The notes under the pieces were generated by a model, which saw nothing but the letters and a program-made list of their open reading frames with translations, was not told where the DNA came from and made no database searches. 64,000 nt of DNA, from contig CAMASM010000001.1 of the NCBI GenBank assembly GCA_945860985.1, positions 30,688 to 94,687 of the forward strand, given 5' to 3'. How positions within the stretch are numbered: the stretch's first letter is position 1; each line of letters starts with the position of its first letter. Position numbers and translations under genes: made by a program. Positions 38,950-50,211 of this stretch are shown one piece after another. The DNA comes from Candidatus Finniella inopinata. GTDB lineage: Bacteria; Pseudomonadota; Alphaproteobacteria; Paracaedibacterales; CAITNM01.

Positions 38950-41900
38950 AAATTACACATAGTGTTTAATTGCCGTATAACGTAATCCAACAGCAATAAA
39001 TCTTGGCTTGAATCTGGCAGGCTTGTAATGTGGTTTTTAAGTTGCTCATAAAGCGTATGGTAACTAGAAATTTTTTCATCATTCCAAGATTGCTGGCAGA
39101 GGTCTGCTACGGTTTTAATCAAGTCGTGTTGTAGTAACAGCCAAGATGATGTTTGCCATGAACCAGCTGGGCAAATCAATTCAGCCCAACTCCACAAATA
39201 GGCGATACCAAGTTTTTCATAATTTTCTTCAATCATCTTAAGGTCAATAACATTTTTGATAGTTATCTGGTAAGTGAACATTACAGAAAATGGTACGTGG
39301 TTTGAGATGTTTGTAGTTCTACTGGCAAAAATATGATTAAAATTTGATAATCGCATCATCACGCATTGAGAAAGATTTCTGGCAGTTTGGCGTAGAGACG
39401 TTAAAGTAGAGCTTAAATCACTTTGCAAGCGTGTGTAATTTTGGATTTTTTCATATGCATTTGTTTGTTCTAAAACTTCTACAAAAGCTCGTACAACTTC
39501 AAGAGGATCAACTCTGAATGCTTCAGACATTTGTCCGACAAAGCAAGGTCCCATAATGTTGATTACCATGTTTGCTAGTACTGTTGCAGTAATTTCGACT
39601 TTTAATGGATGATAGCTCAAATGATTTTTGTATTCATTTTGAAAAGGTTTAGGGAAATATTGCAAATAATATGTTTCACCAAAACAAGCGGTATTTTTAA
39701 GGGCATGTAGTAGATCTTGGTATAAATGGATTTTTGCATAGGCTAGCAATATAGCGAGTTCAGGCCTTGTGATACCTAAGTTTTGATTTTTGCGTTGCAG
39801 CAACTCCTCATCACTTGGGATATATTCTATTTCACGGCGTAATGGTAAATTTTCTCGCTTTTCTAGATTTTTAATTAAATTAATATAAGAATTTAAATCA
39901 AGCCGAGATTCTTCCTGCATAAGTGTAATAATCAGAGTTTGTGACCAATTGTCTTCTAGTACAAGTTCGCTTACTTCATCTGCTAAACTTCTTAGAAGTT
40001 TGTCTCTGCTGTTATTATCAAGTAAATTTTGTTGAAGTAGAACTTGGCACATGATTTTTAGGTTAACCTCGTGGTCAGAGCAGTCAACACCAGCAGAGTT
40101 ATCGATAGCATCCATGTTGATTTTTCCGCCACGTAACGCGTACTCAACACGTCCAAGTTGTGTTGAGCCAAGGTTTGCTCCTTCACCAATGATTTTGGCG
40201 CGAACCATACGTGCATCAACACGGATTGAATCATTAGACCTATCTGCTACTTGTGTGTCACTTTCATGTTGGGCTTTTATGAATGTGCCAATGCCTCCAA
40301 AAAATAATAAATCTACCTGAGTGACTAGTATTTTTGAAATTAGTTCATCTGGTGGAAGTTGAGATTGGTTGATGTTCAGTCTTGTGGCCACTTCTTGAGA
40401 AATTTCAATAAATTTAGCGGAGCGCTCGAAAACTCCACCTCCTTTTGATATTAAAGATTGATTGTAATCGCTCCAATTTGAACCAGCTAAATTAAATAAA
40501 CGTTTTCTCTCATGGTAGCTTCTTTCAGTATCTGGTGTGGGATCTAAGAATATATGCTTATGATTAAATGCAGCAACTAATTGGATTTTAGTGGATTGTA
40601 ACATGGCATTTCCAAAGACATCTCCAGCCATATCACCTACACCAGCAACAATTATAGGTGTGGTTTGGCAATCAATGCCAATTTCCCAAAAATGTCTTCT
40701 TACTGCAATCCAGGCACCACGGGCAGTTATTGCTAATTTTTTGTGATCGTAGCCATTAGATCCGCCTGAGGCAAAAGCATCACCTAACCAAAAATCTACA
40801 TCTTGAGAAATTTTGTTAGCAATATCTGAAAATGTAGCAGTTCCTTTATCAGCAGCAACTACTAGATATGGGTCGTCGCCATCGTATTTTAAAACATTAA
40901 CAGGAGAAACAATTTCCTTATCCACTAAATTATCTGTTAGGGATATCAATTGACCTATAAAACTTTGGTATGCTTTTACTACACTTTCTTTTAACTGTTG
41001 ATTATTAGCACCGCCTTCTTGTAAAGCGTCATAGTTTTTGACAAAAAAACCACCCTTAGAACCAACTGGTACGATTACTGAATTTTTTACCATTTGTGCC
41101 TTCATTAACCCCAGGGTTTCTGAACGAAAATCTTCTGGCCTATCTGACCAGCGAATTCCACCGCGAGCAATATTTCCCCCTCGTAAATGGCATCCCTCCA
41201 TAGTTGGAGAGTAAACAAAAATTTCAAATAGAGGTGATGGCTTTGGAATATCAATTACCTGGGTAGAGCTTACTTTGAAGCTTACGCATGGATATGGTTT
41301 AAATTCACTACTTTGATAAGCATTTGTACGTACTGTTGCTATCATAATGTTTAAGAATCGTCTCATGATTCGGTCATGGTCCAGACGTTTTATGACTCCA
41401 AAAGACTGAATGATTTTTTCTTGAAGATCATCTAACTGTGAGGGGGAATTTGTTTGTTTGCTCAAATCAAACTTTTCTTTAAAAAATTCAATTAACTTTT
41501 GAGTTATATCAGGGTAAGAAACCAAACAATCGGCCAGTGCTTTTTGAGAATAATTAAAACCAAGTTGTTTTAAAAATCTACCAAGAGCACGAAAAATAAT
41601 AATCTCTTTAAAATCTAAATCGCACGTTACTATTGGAGCGTTGTATGGATCAACTTCTATAACTTTGTTCCAAGCTGATTTTAATCCCTCAATTAATTTG
41701 CTAATGGTTTGTTCTGTTAAAGATAATTCATTTAAGTTAGATATTTCGTAGTAATGCATCCAAATTTTTTGTGAATCAATGTTTGCAAAAAAAGTTATTT
41801 CTGACTGAATATGTAATTGAAAATTGGTAAAGATTGGGATAATTTGACCAAGGCTTAATGGGTCTTGCTGTTGAAAAATTCTTACAATAACTTTATTTTC

Positions 41901-43466
41901 TTTATTTATAACTTCAAAATAAATATTTTCTTCAGTTTTAAGCCAATTTAGGATTATCAAAGTATCAGATGCAGCAATATTAGGTTCAGTAAGATTAATA
42001 TATAAATCAGAGAAGGTGATGGTGTTTGTGGTGTTTATTTTTTTACAAAAGTAATTGAAGCGTTCTTGCCATGTTTGTGATGCAATCCATAATTTTTCTT
42101 CTAAATTTTCAATATCAATTTGTTTAGGATCGCAATTTTTACAATTTATAATGTAAATTAGTCTTGCAAATGTGGCATCACCTACATGAGCATGAGTTGA
42201 AGTAAGTGTGCCGCCAAATTCATTTAGTAAATGATTTCCAAGTTCTTGGCGTAGTTTTTCACTGTATCTGTGCTTAGGCATATAAACTAGCACAGAAATT
42301 GAATTAGCAACTGAATCATTACGCGCAAAAACTGTGGTGCGATCGTACATATTTAAAATACGTGTAACAAGTCCGATTAAATCAGTTTTTGGAAGGTAGA
42401 AAAATTCATCAAGCGGAATACTATCAATAATATTTTTTAATATTCTTTCATCATTAGAATGCTTAGAAAATTCAAAGTGCTGGTAAATTTTTGCGGATTT
42501 ACTTTGTAATCCTGGAACCTCTAAGGGGGAAGCTTTGTAAAAATCTGCGGTGAAAAGACCAATAATTTGTACAATGCCAATGACTTTACCGTTACTGTCA
42601 ATATCAAGTACGTTGATAGAATCAAGCCTGGAGTTTCTATAAATATCTGAACGCTTATTAGTTTTTTTTATTTGCATTATATGCAGGTTATATAAATCTT
42701 CGTGTGTTTCCTTCCTTTTTAAAATTTCAGGAAAAAAGTCGTTAGATTCATTAAATTTATCTAATTTAAAAGTGCCCAGCTTATGTTCTGGTTGGTTGGA
42801 AAAATCTACAGGATTTAAAGAATTGGCTTTAAAATTACGCACTCCTAAAAAAGCAAAATTTTTATTTTCAAGCCATTTTAAAAGTGAACCAACTTGCTGT
42901 AGGTATTCATGTCTTTGATTTGATAAAGCAGTAGCAACCCGTTTAATTTCTTTTTGCATGGGCAAATAATCATCGGATACTAAAATAAGTTGTTGGTAAA
43001 GTGCTGATAGTGTTAATTCGTAATCATTAGGAAGTTTTGTAGAAATTGGCAAAATTATGGCAATTATTGCTTCTTCATAATCATCACTACCGCTTTCTCT
43101 TTGATTTGTGAAAATTGCGTGAATAAATTCATCGGTGTTTAATTTGTTAGCACTAAGCCAAACATTTAAACTGCGCACTACAAATGGTTTATTAAAGCAG
43201 TGCAAGAATAAAACCTGTAATCCTTGATCTTCAAATAGTTGGTGGGAAATATAAAAGCTATTTTTTGGTGGGGTATTTTGAAAAATTTCAAATGCATATT
43301 TTGCGACTTGAAGCATTACATTTTTAGATGATTGTTCCGCTATACTCAGCAAATATCCCATGCTGGTATGTTTGTAAAAATGCTCAAGAAAATTATCAAA
43401 TAACCTATTACTCTTCCCATTATTTAAAAGAAGTTTGCTAATAAATTTTGATTTTTGGTTAAGCAC
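38946..43466 (-). CDS. gdh: large NAD-specific glutamate dehydrogenase
   Basis: 1506 aa. Central catalytic region with GGIRWSDRPEDFRSE and VAGVGDMAGDVFGN. Length and architecture fit the 180-kDa bacterial NAD-GDH class. GTG start. Confidence 0.9.
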   Translation of the reverse strand: MLNQKSKFISKLLLNNGKSNRLFDNFLEHFYKHTSMGYLLSIAEQSSKNVMLQVAKYAFEIFQNTPPKNSFYISHQLFEDQGLQVLFLHCFNKPFVVRSLNVWLSANKLNTDEFIHAIFTNQRESGSDDYEEAIIAIILPISTKLPNDYELTLSALYQQLILVSDDYLPMQKEIKRVATALSNQRHEYLQQVGSLLKWLENKNFAFLGVRNFKANSLNPVDFSNQPEHKLGTFKLDKFNESNDFFPEILKRKETHEDLYNLHIMQIKKTNKRSDIYRNSRLDSINVLDIDSNGKVIGIVQIIGLFTADFYKASPLEVPGLQSKSAKIYQHFEFSKHSNDERILKNIIDSIPLDEFFYLPKTDLIGLVTRILNMYDRTTVFARNDSVANSISVLVYMPKHRYSEKLRQELGNHLLNEFGGTLTSTHAHVGDATFARLIYIINCKNCDPKQIDIENLEEKLWIASQTWQERFNYFCKKINTTNTITFSDLYINLTEPNIAASDTLIILNWLKTEENIYFEVINKENKVIVRIFQQQDPLSLGQIIPIFTNFQLHIQSEITFFANIDSQKIWMHYYEISNLNELSLTEQTISKLIEGLKSAWNKVIEVDPYNAPIVTCDLDFKEIIIFRALGRFLKQLGFNYSQKALADCLVSYPDITQKLIEFFKEKFDLSKQTNSPSQLDDLQEKIIQSFGVIKRLDHDRIMRRFLNIMIATVRTNAYQSSEFKPYPCVSFKVSSTQVIDIPKPSPLFEIFVYSPTMEGCHLRGGNIARGGIRWSDRPEDFRSETLGLMKAQMVKNSVIVPVGSKGGFFVKNYDALQEGGANNQQLKESVVKAYQSFIGQLISLTDNLVDKEIVSPVNVLKYDGDDPYLVVAADKGTATFSDIANKISQDVDFWLGDAFASGGSNGYDHKKLAITARGAWIAVRRHFWEIGIDCQTTPIIVAGVGDMAGDVFGNAMLQSTKIQLVAAFNHKHIFLDPTPDTERSYHERKRLFNLAGSNWSDYNQSLISKGGGVFERSAKFIEISQEVATRLNINQSQLPPDELISKILVTQVDLLFFGGIGTFIKAQHESDTQVADRSNDSIRVDARMVRAKIIGEGANLGSTQLGRVEYALRGGKINMDAIDNSAGVDCSDHEVNLKIMCQVLLQQNLLDNNSRDKLLRSLADEVSELVLEDNWSQTLIITLMQEESRLDLNSYINLIKNLEKRENLPLRREIEYIPSDEELLQRKNQNLGITRPELAILLAYAKIHLYQDLLHALKNTACFGETYYLQYFPKPFQNEYKNHLSYHPLKVEITATVLANMVINIMGPCFVGQMSEAFRVDPLEVVRAFVEVLEQTNAYEKIQNYTRLQSDLSSTLTSLRQTARNLSQCVMMRLSNFNHIFASRTTNISNHVPFSVMFTYQITIKNVIDLKMIEENYEKLGIAYLWSWAELICPAGSWQTSSWLLLQHDLIKTVADLCQQSWNDEKISSYHTLYEQLKNHITSLPDSSQDLLLLDYVIRQLNTMCNF

Positions 43467-43511
43467 AGCTGTTATTGCAAATTATATGTAATTTGTGACC
43501 AATCATACCAA

Positions 43512-44090
43512 TTATTTGCATATAAACCTACGAATATATATACCATTTGAAGTTAACCATTTTAGTGTTTTGTTGTTGATGTTAACGCATACGGCTGCGG
43601 CACAGTGTTGCCATATTAGTCGATCTTTCCATTCATTGCCAAAATAAATGTAATTTTTAACACCAAAAAGTTGGTTAAGCAAATTTGCTTTTTGATCTCC
43701 AACTAAGTTATTACCAACTGTACTACCATAAGCACATTCAAAAAGATTAAGATGTTTTGCTACTTTATCTGCAATTGCTTGATCAGATCCAGTAATCAGG
43801 TAAAGTTTTGCTCCATGATTTTTTAATTCATTTAAATAAATTAACATTTCGGAAAAATAATTCAATTCCTTGGCTTCGAAAGTAACATAATCCAAAAGGT
43901 TATGTTTCAAGTGTGTTCTACCTTGGCGTAACCATAAAAACATTTGTGCAAATCGAAGTGGGTGTTTTTTTAAAAATTTTCGTATACAAATCCATAAACA
44001 GTCACCGGCCCAAAGTGTGCCGTCGAGATCAACACAAATTGCGTATTTGCTAAAATTTGTGGGTTGATTGTTATTGGCTTGCTTGTTCAT
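43512..44090 (-). CDS. HAD-superfamily (IB-like) hydrolase
   Basis: 192 aa. DxDxT motif CVDLDGTLW and a later LITGSDQ. 20-nt overlap with the upstream MFS gene. Confidence 0.6.
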   Translation of the reverse strand: MNKQANNNQPTNFSKYAICVDLDGTLWAGDCLWICIRKFLKKHPLRFAQMFLWLRQGRTHLKHNLLDYVTFEAKELNYFSEMLIYLNELKNHGAKLYLITGSDQAIADKVAKHLNLFECAYGSTVGNNLVGDQKANLLNQLFGVKNYIYFGNEWKDRLIWQHCAAAVCVNINNKTLKWLTSNGIYIRRFICK

Positions 44091-45285
44091 TTTTCCAGTG
44101 ATTTACATATTTTGAAATAACCAATGCTAAAATTGAAAGTACTGCAATAGTTAAGCCAAGTTGTAAAAATCTCCCATCATAAAAGTAACTAACTAGTTCT
44201 ATACAGATAGCAGATACAATCAATCTTGTTACATTTACTAAAGCAGCGGCGCGAGATTTTGCCTCAGGAACCACTTCAAGTAAAAGTGGGTATAAAATGT
44301 TTACCGGAAATACCATAGGCATGGTAAATAAGCACATTAATATCGTAATTAACATGGGGTTGTTAATTTCATATATGGCAACTATGCCAAGCAATACTGC
44401 AAAAATTGTTACTAAAATAATTGCAACTTTAAAGCACTTTTGGTGTCCAAATTTGCTTAATAATTTAGGGCTTAAAAAGCTAACAATTGCGAATGAGGCC
44501 GCAATAGCCCCTTGATAAAAACCAAAATCCCTAAGAGATACTCCAAATCCTTCCATATAAAGGATTGGCCCCATACCTATAAATGCCCAATAACAGCAAA
44601 TAAGTGCACATACAAGAGTTAAATATTTCCAAAATGTTTTTGATTCAAACAATGGCAAGTAAGTTTTTAAAGAAAGTGAAACATTTTCCCTTTTTCGGTT
44701 GTCTTTGGGTAAACAAAAAAAGCAAGTTAAAAGCGCTATTAAGGATAAAATTAGTAGAATAACAAAGTTTCCTCGCCACCCGGCGTAAATGGTAACATAA
44801 CTACCAATCACTGGTGCTGATGCCATAGACACGGTAATAAAACCGTTTAATGTGCCAAGTATAGATGCTTGTTTTTCAGGTGAATAGCGTTCTGAGATAA
44901 CTACATAGCCAAGGGATGCTGGGGCTGCCATTCCAAGTCCCTGCAATATTCTGCCAAGTAAAATATAAGAAAATGTTGGTGCAAAAACGCAAGCTACACT
45001 TCCTACCGCAAAAATTACAAGACTATATAAAATTACTTTGCGCAGTCCGTAACGGTCACCTAGAGCACCTGCATACAAAGATCCAACGCAATAAGTTATA
45101 AAATTTAAGCTTAAACAAAGTTGTACAGTTGCTGTCGATAAACCGAATTTTTGTTGTAATTCTGGGTAGCTTGGAATGAAAATATCTATTTCCATACCAA
45201 CTAGAAAAAAGATAAAAGCAACGGCAACGAATAACATATCAATTGTTTGACAAAGTATTAGCTTAATGTATAGGTGAGTCGCCAA
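44071..45285 (-). CDS. MFS transporter (Bcr/CflA-like)
   Basis: 404 aa, about 12 TM. MFS motif A GALGDRYGLRKV. TTG start. Confidence 0.8.
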   Translation of the reverse strand: MATHLYIKLILCQTIDMLFVAVAFIFFLVGMEIDIFIPSYPELQQKFGLSTATVQLCLSLNFITYCVGSLYAGALGDRYGLRKVILYSLVIFAVGSVACVFAPTFSYILLGRILQGLGMAAPASLGYVVISERYSPEKQASILGTLNGFITVSMASAPVIGSYVTIYAGWRGNFVILLILSLIALLTCFFCLPKDNRKRENVSLSLKTYLPLFESKTFWKYLTLVCALICCYWAFIGMGPILYMEGFGVSLRDFGFYQGAIAASFAIVSFLSPKLLSKFGHQKCFKVAIILVTIFAVLLGIVAIYEINNPMLITILMCLFTMPMVFPVNILYPLLLEVVPEAKSRAAALVNVTRLIVSAICIELVSYFYDGRFLQLGLTIAVLSILALVISKYVNHWKNEQASQ

Positions 45286-45474
45286 AGTTTTTCAAGGTTA
45301 ACTTCCTAGCTTGTGTGTCTTTTTGTCATTCAAAATGAATACCTTAATTTCTATTCATCCGTGAATTGCAATTGGCACAACATCTACAGGAGTATGTTTC
45401 TTGTATCTAACGTCCAGCCCCATACTACCAAATACTGATTGGTTTTGTGTAGAGTAGTACCACTACAACTACTA

Positions 45475-46350
45475 CTAACCCCCTATTCCAAGGGCGCGAA
45501 GGGCCCAAGAACGTTCTTGCCAATCTTCTTCTAGTTTTACAAATAACTTAAGGTGAACGCGTCGCTCTAGTTGTTCTTCAAGTTCAGTTCTAGCGGCTTG
45601 CCCTATATTTTTTAGGGTTTGTCCGCGTTTGCCTAAGACAATCCCCTTATGATTATCTCTTGATACAACAATAGCCTGATTAATTTTTACCGAACCATTG
45701 TCAAATTCTTCCCAGCTTTCGGATTCTACAAAAATGTTATATGGCAATTCTTGGTGCAACTGTAAAAAAACTTGTTCGCGTGTAACTTCAGCTGCCCAAG
45801 ATCTAGCTGGAATATTGGTAATTTGATCTTCTGGGAAAAGCCATGGGCCTTTTGGTAGGATGCTACATAAATATTTAGCTAAATCATCAACTCCATCTGC
45901 ATGCAGAGCGCTGATCATAAATATTTTTGTAACATTAGGAAATTCATTAACTGAAGTTACTATTTTTAATAATTTATCTTTGGCAATTAAATCAATTTTA
46001 TTAAGTGTAACTATTATCCCATTCTTGTGTTTTTCACATAGATTCTGGATAAGAGTTAGATTAGTGAAGGTAACATCGACTACTAAAACATGGGCATCAG
46101 CTTCTGAGCTTGCATCATAGGCTTCTCGAACCATAGCCTTATCAAGACGTTTTTTGGCATCAAAAATTCCAGGAGTATCAAGCAAAATTATCTGCGCATT
46201 ATCTTTTATGGCTATTCCCATAATACGACTACGCGTAGTTTGTACCTTTGGTGAAACAATTGATACTTTTTGCCCAACTAATTCGTTAACAAGAGTTGAT
46301 TTACCAGCATTTGGTGCGCCTAGAATGGCAACAAACCCGCATTTAGTCAT
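45475..46350 (-). CDS. era: GTPase Era
   Basis: 291 aa. G1 GAPNAGKST, G3 DTPG, G4 NKID and a C-terminal KH domain. Confidence 0.92.
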   Translation of the reverse strand: MTKCGFVAILGAPNAGKSTLVNELVGQKVSIVSPKVQTTRSRIMGIAIKDNAQIILLDTPGIFDAKKRLDKAMVREAYDASSEADAHVLVVDVTFTNLTLIQNLCEKHKNGIIVTLNKIDLIAKDKLLKIVTSVNEFPNVTKIFMISALHADGVDDLAKYLCSILPKGPWLFPEDQITNIPARSWAAEVTREQVFLQLHQELPYNIFVESESWEEFDNGSVKINQAIVVSRDNHKGIVLGKRGQTLKNIGQAARTELEEQLERRVHLKLFVKLEEDWQERSWALRALGIGG

Positions 46351-46439
46351 GATAAAACCTTCTCTTGCAATAATTTATCTACCAACACAATAGCGATGTT
46401 TACATTGGGTTACAAAGGATTTTATGGTTATTATAGTAC

Positions 46440-47477
46440 TTAAGCGGCTTTTTTATTTTTCTCATGCTCTAACCAAAGTTCCAAAATTTGTACAGCATTT
46501 AAGGCTGCGCCTTTGCGTAAATTATCAGAAGCAGTCCAAAATACTAAGCCATTTGGGTGTGAGGTATCTTGGCGTAGTCTACTTATTAAAACGTCATCAC
46601 CTCCTGCTGCATCAAGCGGTGTAGCATAATCCATTGGATCTTCTGCATCCATAACCTGAATGCCAGGAGAGTTTTGTAAAATTTCTAGAGCATCGTCTGC
46701 TAAAAAAGGTTTTTCAAATTCTACGTGTACCGCAGAGCAGTGACCAACAAAAACAGGCACGCGTACGCAAGTAGCAGAAAGTTCAATTTTGGGATCAAGA
46801 ATTTTTTTTAGTTCATGGCGCATTTTCACTTCTTCGCCTGTGTAGCCTGACTCTTCAAATTCACCAATATGCGGTATTAAATTGTATGCAATTGGTCTTG
46901 CTAAGTGCTCAGCAGGTGTGGGTGTGCCGGTAAAAAGTGAACGGGTTTGTTGATCAAGTTCTTCCATAGCTGCTTTACCTGCTCCTGATACGGATTGGTA
47001 AGTCGAAACAATTACACGTTTTACATGGTTCTTATTGTGAAGGACTTTTAACGCCATAGCGATTGGAATAATTGCACAATTTGGGTTGGCTATAATCTTT
47101 TTATTTGCATAATACTCAATCTCTTGTCCATTAACTTCTGGAATGATCAGGGGAATTTTTGGGTCATCGCGAAAGTATGATGTATTGTCAATTACTACGC
47201 ATCCAGATTTTGCAGCTATAGGCGCATATTGTGATGAAACCTTACTTCCTGGTGAAAATAATCCAATATCAACTTTTGAAAAATCAAACATGTTGATTGA
47301 TTCAACAATTATAACTTCATCGTCTCCAAACGAAACCTTCTTACCTTCTGATTTTTCAGAAGCCACAGCATAAATATTTTTAGAATTAAAACCGCGTTCT
47401 TCTAAAATTTTTAGCATTATGCGTCCAACATTACCTGTGGCACCTACTACGGCAATTTTTACTGTTAATTTATCCAT
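46440..47477 (-). CDS. asd: aspartate-semialdehyde dehydrogenase
   Basis: 345 aa. Motifs VVGATGNVG, NPNCAIIP (active Cys) and SGAGKAAMEEL. Confidence 0.92.
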   Translation of the reverse strand: MDKLTVKIAVVGATGNVGRIMLKILEERGFNSKNIYAVASEKSEGKKVSFGDDEVIIVESINMFDFSKVDIGLFSPGSKVSSQYAPIAAKSGCVVIDNTSYFRDDPKIPLIIPEVNGQEIEYYANKKIIANPNCAIIPIAMALKVLHNKNHVKRVIVSTYQSVSGAGKAAMEELDQQTRSLFTGTPTPAEHLARPIAYNLIPHIGEFEESGYTGEEVKMRHELKKILDPKIELSATCVRVPVFVGHCSAVHVEFEKPFLADDALEILQNSPGIQVMDAEDPMDYATPLDAAGGDDVLISRLRQDTSHPNGLVFWTASDNLRKGAALNAVQILELWLEHEKNKKAA

Positions 47478-47506
47478 GCTATTCTCCTTAATTATTTTCT
47501 GAAAAT

Positions 47507-48652
47507 CTATTCTTCCCAGTCCTGAAAGCCATGACGTTTTCTAGTTAATGCTAGCAACATACCCGTACATATAGCTAAAGCTACCATGGAAGACCCACCA
47601 TAACTAATAAATGGCATGGTCATGCCTTTAGTTGGAATCAAATGTAGGGTTGATGCCATATTAATAAACGCTTGCAAACCAAACTGTACAGCAAGCCCTG
47701 TAGTGCTAAGTAAAATAAACAAACTAGATCCTTTGGTGGCGCGCATCATAAATCGGATGATAATTGCCATGAATAAAGCAACAATTATAATACACATCCA
47801 TAAACCAAATTCTTCACCTGCGACAGCGAATACAAAATCAGCGTGGGCGTCAGGTACATTTTTTTTGATCACGCCTTCTCCAGGCCCCTTACCAAAAAAT
47901 CCACCATTGGCAAAAGCAGCTAAAGATTTAGTGATTTGGTAAAGATCATGTATAGGGTCACCTGCAGATGGATCTAAAAACTGATCGATACGTTTAGTAA
48001 CGTGGGGTAATAACCAATAAGCTCCAACTAAACCAGCGATCGCAATGCCTGCAAGACCTGCCATCCAAAAAATTGGTAGTCCTGCAATAAATAGCTGTCC
48101 AACCCAAGTTGCAACAATTACTACCGTCATACCTAAGTCAGGTTGCAATAGAAGCAACCCAATAATAATTCCTACAGCCACCATAGATAAGGTAATTCCT
48201 GGGAATTTTTCATCATGCATTTTTTCAGCAATTAACCAAGCTGTAATTACCGTAAGGGCAGGCTTAACAAATTCCGATGCTTGTATAGAATTGCCTAATA
48301 TCATTAACCAACGTCTTGCTCCTTTTACCTCAACACCAAAAATAAATGTCAGTATAAGTAAAATAATTCCTAATAGATATATAAGTAAACTTAATCTTCT
48401 TACACCTATTGGTGAAAACAGCGAGACACCAATCATGACTGCAACTGCAGGAATTATCATTATTATATGGCGTTTAACAAAGAAAAATGTTCCCAAGTTT
48501 AAGCGTTCAGCCACTGAAGGACTTGCCGCAAAACTTAAAAACACACCGATGACTATTAGTATTAAAAGCAAAGATATGGCCAGGCGATCGACTGTCCACC
48601 ACCATCTTCCTAAAAGACTATTATCACGCCGTGAAAATGTGATCGGAATCAT
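47507..48652 (-). CDS. ftsW: SEDS-family cell division protein FtsW
   Basis: 381 aa polytopic protein. Motifs HADFVFAVAGEEFG and MPFISYGGSS. Directly downstream of murD. Confidence 0.85.
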   Translation of the reverse strand: MIPITFSRRDNSLLGRWWWTVDRLAISLLLILIVIGVFLSFAASPSVAERLNLGTFFFVKRHIIMIIPAVAVMIGVSLFSPIGVRRLSLLIYLLGIILLILTFIFGVEVKGARRWLMILGNSIQASEFVKPALTVITAWLIAEKMHDEKFPGITLSMVAVGIIIGLLLLQPDLGMTVVIVATWVGQLFIAGLPIFWMAGLAGIAIAGLVGAYWLLPHVTKRIDQFLDPSAGDPIHDLYQITKSLAAFANGGFFGKGPGEGVIKKNVPDAHADFVFAVAGEEFGLWMCIIIVALFMAIIIRFMMRATKGSSLFILLSTTGLAVQFGLQAFINMASTLHLIPTKGMTMPFISYGGSSMVALAICTGMLLALTRKRHGFQDWEE

Positions 48653-49925
48653 GCAGTTGCTCTTTTACAAATTTAATAAATTCATCACCTCGGTGTTCAA
48701 AATCGCGAAACTGGTCAAAACTAGCGCAAGCAGGTGATAGCAATACTACAGCATTTGTTTCAGATTTTGCATCTTCTATAGCATGTTTAACAGCTATATC
48801 AAGAGTCACACTTTTTTCAAGCTCCACTTTACCATATAAATCTTTTGCAAAGCGATCTTTTGCATCACCAATAAGATATGCTTTTTTAATATGTGAAAAA
48901 TATGGCTGTAGGCTTTCAATACCATCATTTTTGTCCTTGCCACCTAAAATCCAAAAAATTTTTTTTCCAAAAAAAGTTTTCAGGGCTTTTTCACAAGCAT
49001 TGGCATTTGTGGCTTTGCTATCGTTGATAAATTCAATATTTGGGGTTTTTGCTATTAATTGTTGGCGATGCGCCAATCCCGGAAATGTTTGTATATGTTG
49101 CCAGATTTTTTGACAATCGTCTATTATTTGTAATGTCGCTGCAAAAGCTGCTGCAACGTTTTGCCAGTTGTGTATACCTTTAAGTGTAGTAAGTTCATTT
49201 AAGTCAAATAATTGGTTATTAATGTGCAGTATGCCACCAGCATCAACCCACAAGTCGGCCGGGTAATTTTTAAATTCACTAGCGATTGTAAGGTGCTGAA
49301 TAGCTAATTTGGCTTCAACTGCTTTGGAATAGGTGTCATCAATTACAATGCATGCCGATTTTGCGGAGTTGAAAATTTGTTCTTTTGCGTTTATGTAAGA
49401 TTCCATAGTAAAATGGCGTTCAAGATGGTCAGGGGTTATATTAAGCCATACAGCCACATCAAGATTAATATCATTGGACAGTTCTAATTGATACGAAGAT
49501 AACTCAAGTACATACCAACCATGTTCTCCTAAATTTTCAAGAGCAAGCGCTGGAATTCCAATATTTCCGCCTACTTCTACCTTTAAGCCACATAGACGCA
49601 AAATATGTCCAATTAAAGCAGTGGTGGTTGATTTTCCATTAGTGCCTGTAATACCAATATATTTTGCTAAAGGGTTGCTTTTCTGCAGCAAATTAATATC
49701 TGTACAAATAGGTACCCCCTCATTAAGTGCTGCTGCACCAATAGGGTGATACGGTGCAATACCTGGACTTTGGACCACTAGTTTAACTTTATGCCAATCT
49801 ATGTTTGGTTTTTTATTTAGTGAGTCATCATATACAACTACTTTTTTGCCTTTGCCAAGAAGGTGTCGTTCACTTTCTCTGCCGCTGCGTCCATAGCCCA
49901 ATATAAGGTACGTATCTTTACCCAC
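48624..49925 (-). CDS. murD: UDP-N-acetylmuramoyl-L-alanine--D-glutamate ligase
   Basis: 433 aa. P-loop GITGTNGKSTT, and Mur ligase middle and C-terminal domains. Confidence 0.9.
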   Translation of the reverse strand: MGKDTYLILGYGRSGRESERHLLGKGKKVVVYDDSLNKKPNIDWHKVKLVVQSPGIAPYHPIGAAALNEGVPICTDINLLQKSNPLAKYIGITGTNGKSTTTALIGHILRLCGLKVEVGGNIGIPALALENLGEHGWYVLELSSYQLELSNDINLDVAVWLNITPDHLERHFTMESYINAKEQIFNSAKSACIVIDDTYSKAVEAKLAIQHLTIASEFKNYPADLWVDAGGILHINNQLFDLNELTTLKGIHNWQNVAAAFAATLQIIDDCQKIWQHIQTFPGLAHRQQLIAKTPNIEFINDSKATNANACEKALKTFFGKKIFWILGGKDKNDGIESLQPYFSHIKKAYLIGDAKDRFAKDLYGKVELEKSVTLDIAVKHAIEDAKSETNAVVLLSPACASFDQFRDFEHRGDEFIKFVKEQLHDSDHIFTA

Positions 49926-50191
49926 AAATTTTTTTAAATAACTTATTTACAGGTACAATGACGCTAAATATTCTAACAGGCAAGTTTTTTTGTTTACCAA
50001 TTTTTAGAAAATTAGTCTGCTAATGCAGTTCGCAAGTTCTAACATATGTATTTAACCGTTTTTTAATCTATATTGAGATATATTATATTTAAGAACAGGC
50101 CATTCTTCAGATATTACTTCAAGGCATCCACTTAAAGCCCAAAAGGATGCTTTCGGCGAAGCTATATTTGCTTTAAGGATGGAGCCAAGGC

Positions 50192-50211
50192 GGGTGGCCC
50201 ACCCTTTATTT
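50192..50211 (+). terminator. terminator-like GC hairpin plus T-tract with no annotated plus-strand gene upstream
   Basis: GGGTG(50192-50196)-GCC-CACCC(50200-50204) followed by TTTATTT. Part of a GC-rich island in a 367-bp intergenic region. Confidence 0.3.

Noticed and set aside
48045-48737. 230-aa plus-strand ORF antisense to ftsW/murD
   Set aside because: It fully overlaps two strongly supported minus-strand genes, its translation is low-complexity, and it has no recognisable motif or start context.
50176-50195. Similarity of GGATGGAGCCAAGGCGG to the conserved GGAAGCAGCCAAGGCAG of 4.5S/SRP RNA helix 8
   Set aside because: The required 5' partner strand (..AGGUCAGGUCC) and a GNRA tetraloop closing the helix are absent on either strand, so I do not call an ffs gene.
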